A stretch of 64,000 nt of DNA from Candidatus Latescibacterota bacterium (GTDB taxonomy: Bacteria > Latescibacterota > UBA2968), in assembly GCA_965198115.1 (NCBI GenBank), contig OZ240241.1, positions 1,344,001 through 1,408,000 on the forward strand, read 5' to 3'. The notes below the pieces were generated by a model that worked only from the letters and a program-made list of their open reading frames with translations, was not told the origin of the DNA and ran no database searches. Made by a program: the position numbers and the translations under genes. Of this stretch, positions 63,698 through 64,000 are shown piece by piece (position 1 is the stretch's first letter; each line of letters starts with the position of its first letter).

Positions 63698-64000
63698 TTG
63701 AGCCTCCCAGACGCACAGCTTCAGACCGACACCTCTCCCGAAGAACGATCCCGCGTCACCGTCGTCGCCCTCTCCTTCGGCGTGCTCGTGGTGACGTGCG
63801 CCGCGGCTACTTACCTGGAGTTCAAGACCCGCTCGGCCCACCTGGCCATGTCGAACCTGCCTCTGGTGGTGCTGATCCCTTTCGTCATCGCCCTGACGCT
63901 CAACGTCCTGCTCAAACGCTTTCTTCCGCGACTGTCACTTACGAGCAGGGAACTCCGGTTGCTTCTGTCGATTCTCTGGGTCGGGGGATCGTTCGCGGGA
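63698..64000 (+). CDS. DUF6785-like polytopic membrane protein, 5' part (runs off window)
   Basis: Open frame from TTG after AGGA: VTVVALSFG...HLAMSNLPL...LNVLLKRF.PRLSLTSREL. Confidence 0.6.
   Translation, partial: MSLPDAQLQTDTSPEERSRVTVVALSFGVLVVTCAAATYLEFKTRSAHLAMSNLPLVVLIPFVIALTLNVLLKRFLPRLSLTSRELRLLLSILWVGGSFAG

Overview
GC-rich bacterial chromosomal window. Its gene content (expanded PhyH-like Fe(II)/2-oxoglutarate oxygenases, BNR/sialidase, sulfotransferase, NHL and TPR repeat proteins, DUF6785-like membrane protein) resembles Latescibacterota/Poribacteria-type heterotrophs; this is an inference. About 14-15 kb is insertion-sequence DNA: 4 near-identical copies of a 1374-bp IS256-family element, 3 complete and 2 partial copies of a 1420-bp ISL3 element, two other IS256 types, and IS21, IS200, IS630 and IS3 remnants. 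Many single-copy genes are broken by IS insertion, nonsense or start-codon mutation, small indels or deletion junctions. Most notable: (i) six of seven readable PhyH-family paralogs replace the iron-binding H-x-D with H-x-G/A/S, the signature of Fe/2OG halogenases; (ii) one of them carries an in-frame ~110-aa histone-H1-like Lys/Ala tail; (iii) an unannotated basic two-gene module occurs twice (about 1.6-2.4 kb and 53.5-55.4 kb), just inside directly repeated ISL3 copies whose inner flanks nearly match, suggesting the two ends were once adjacent. No rRNA, tRNA or CRISPR array was seen.
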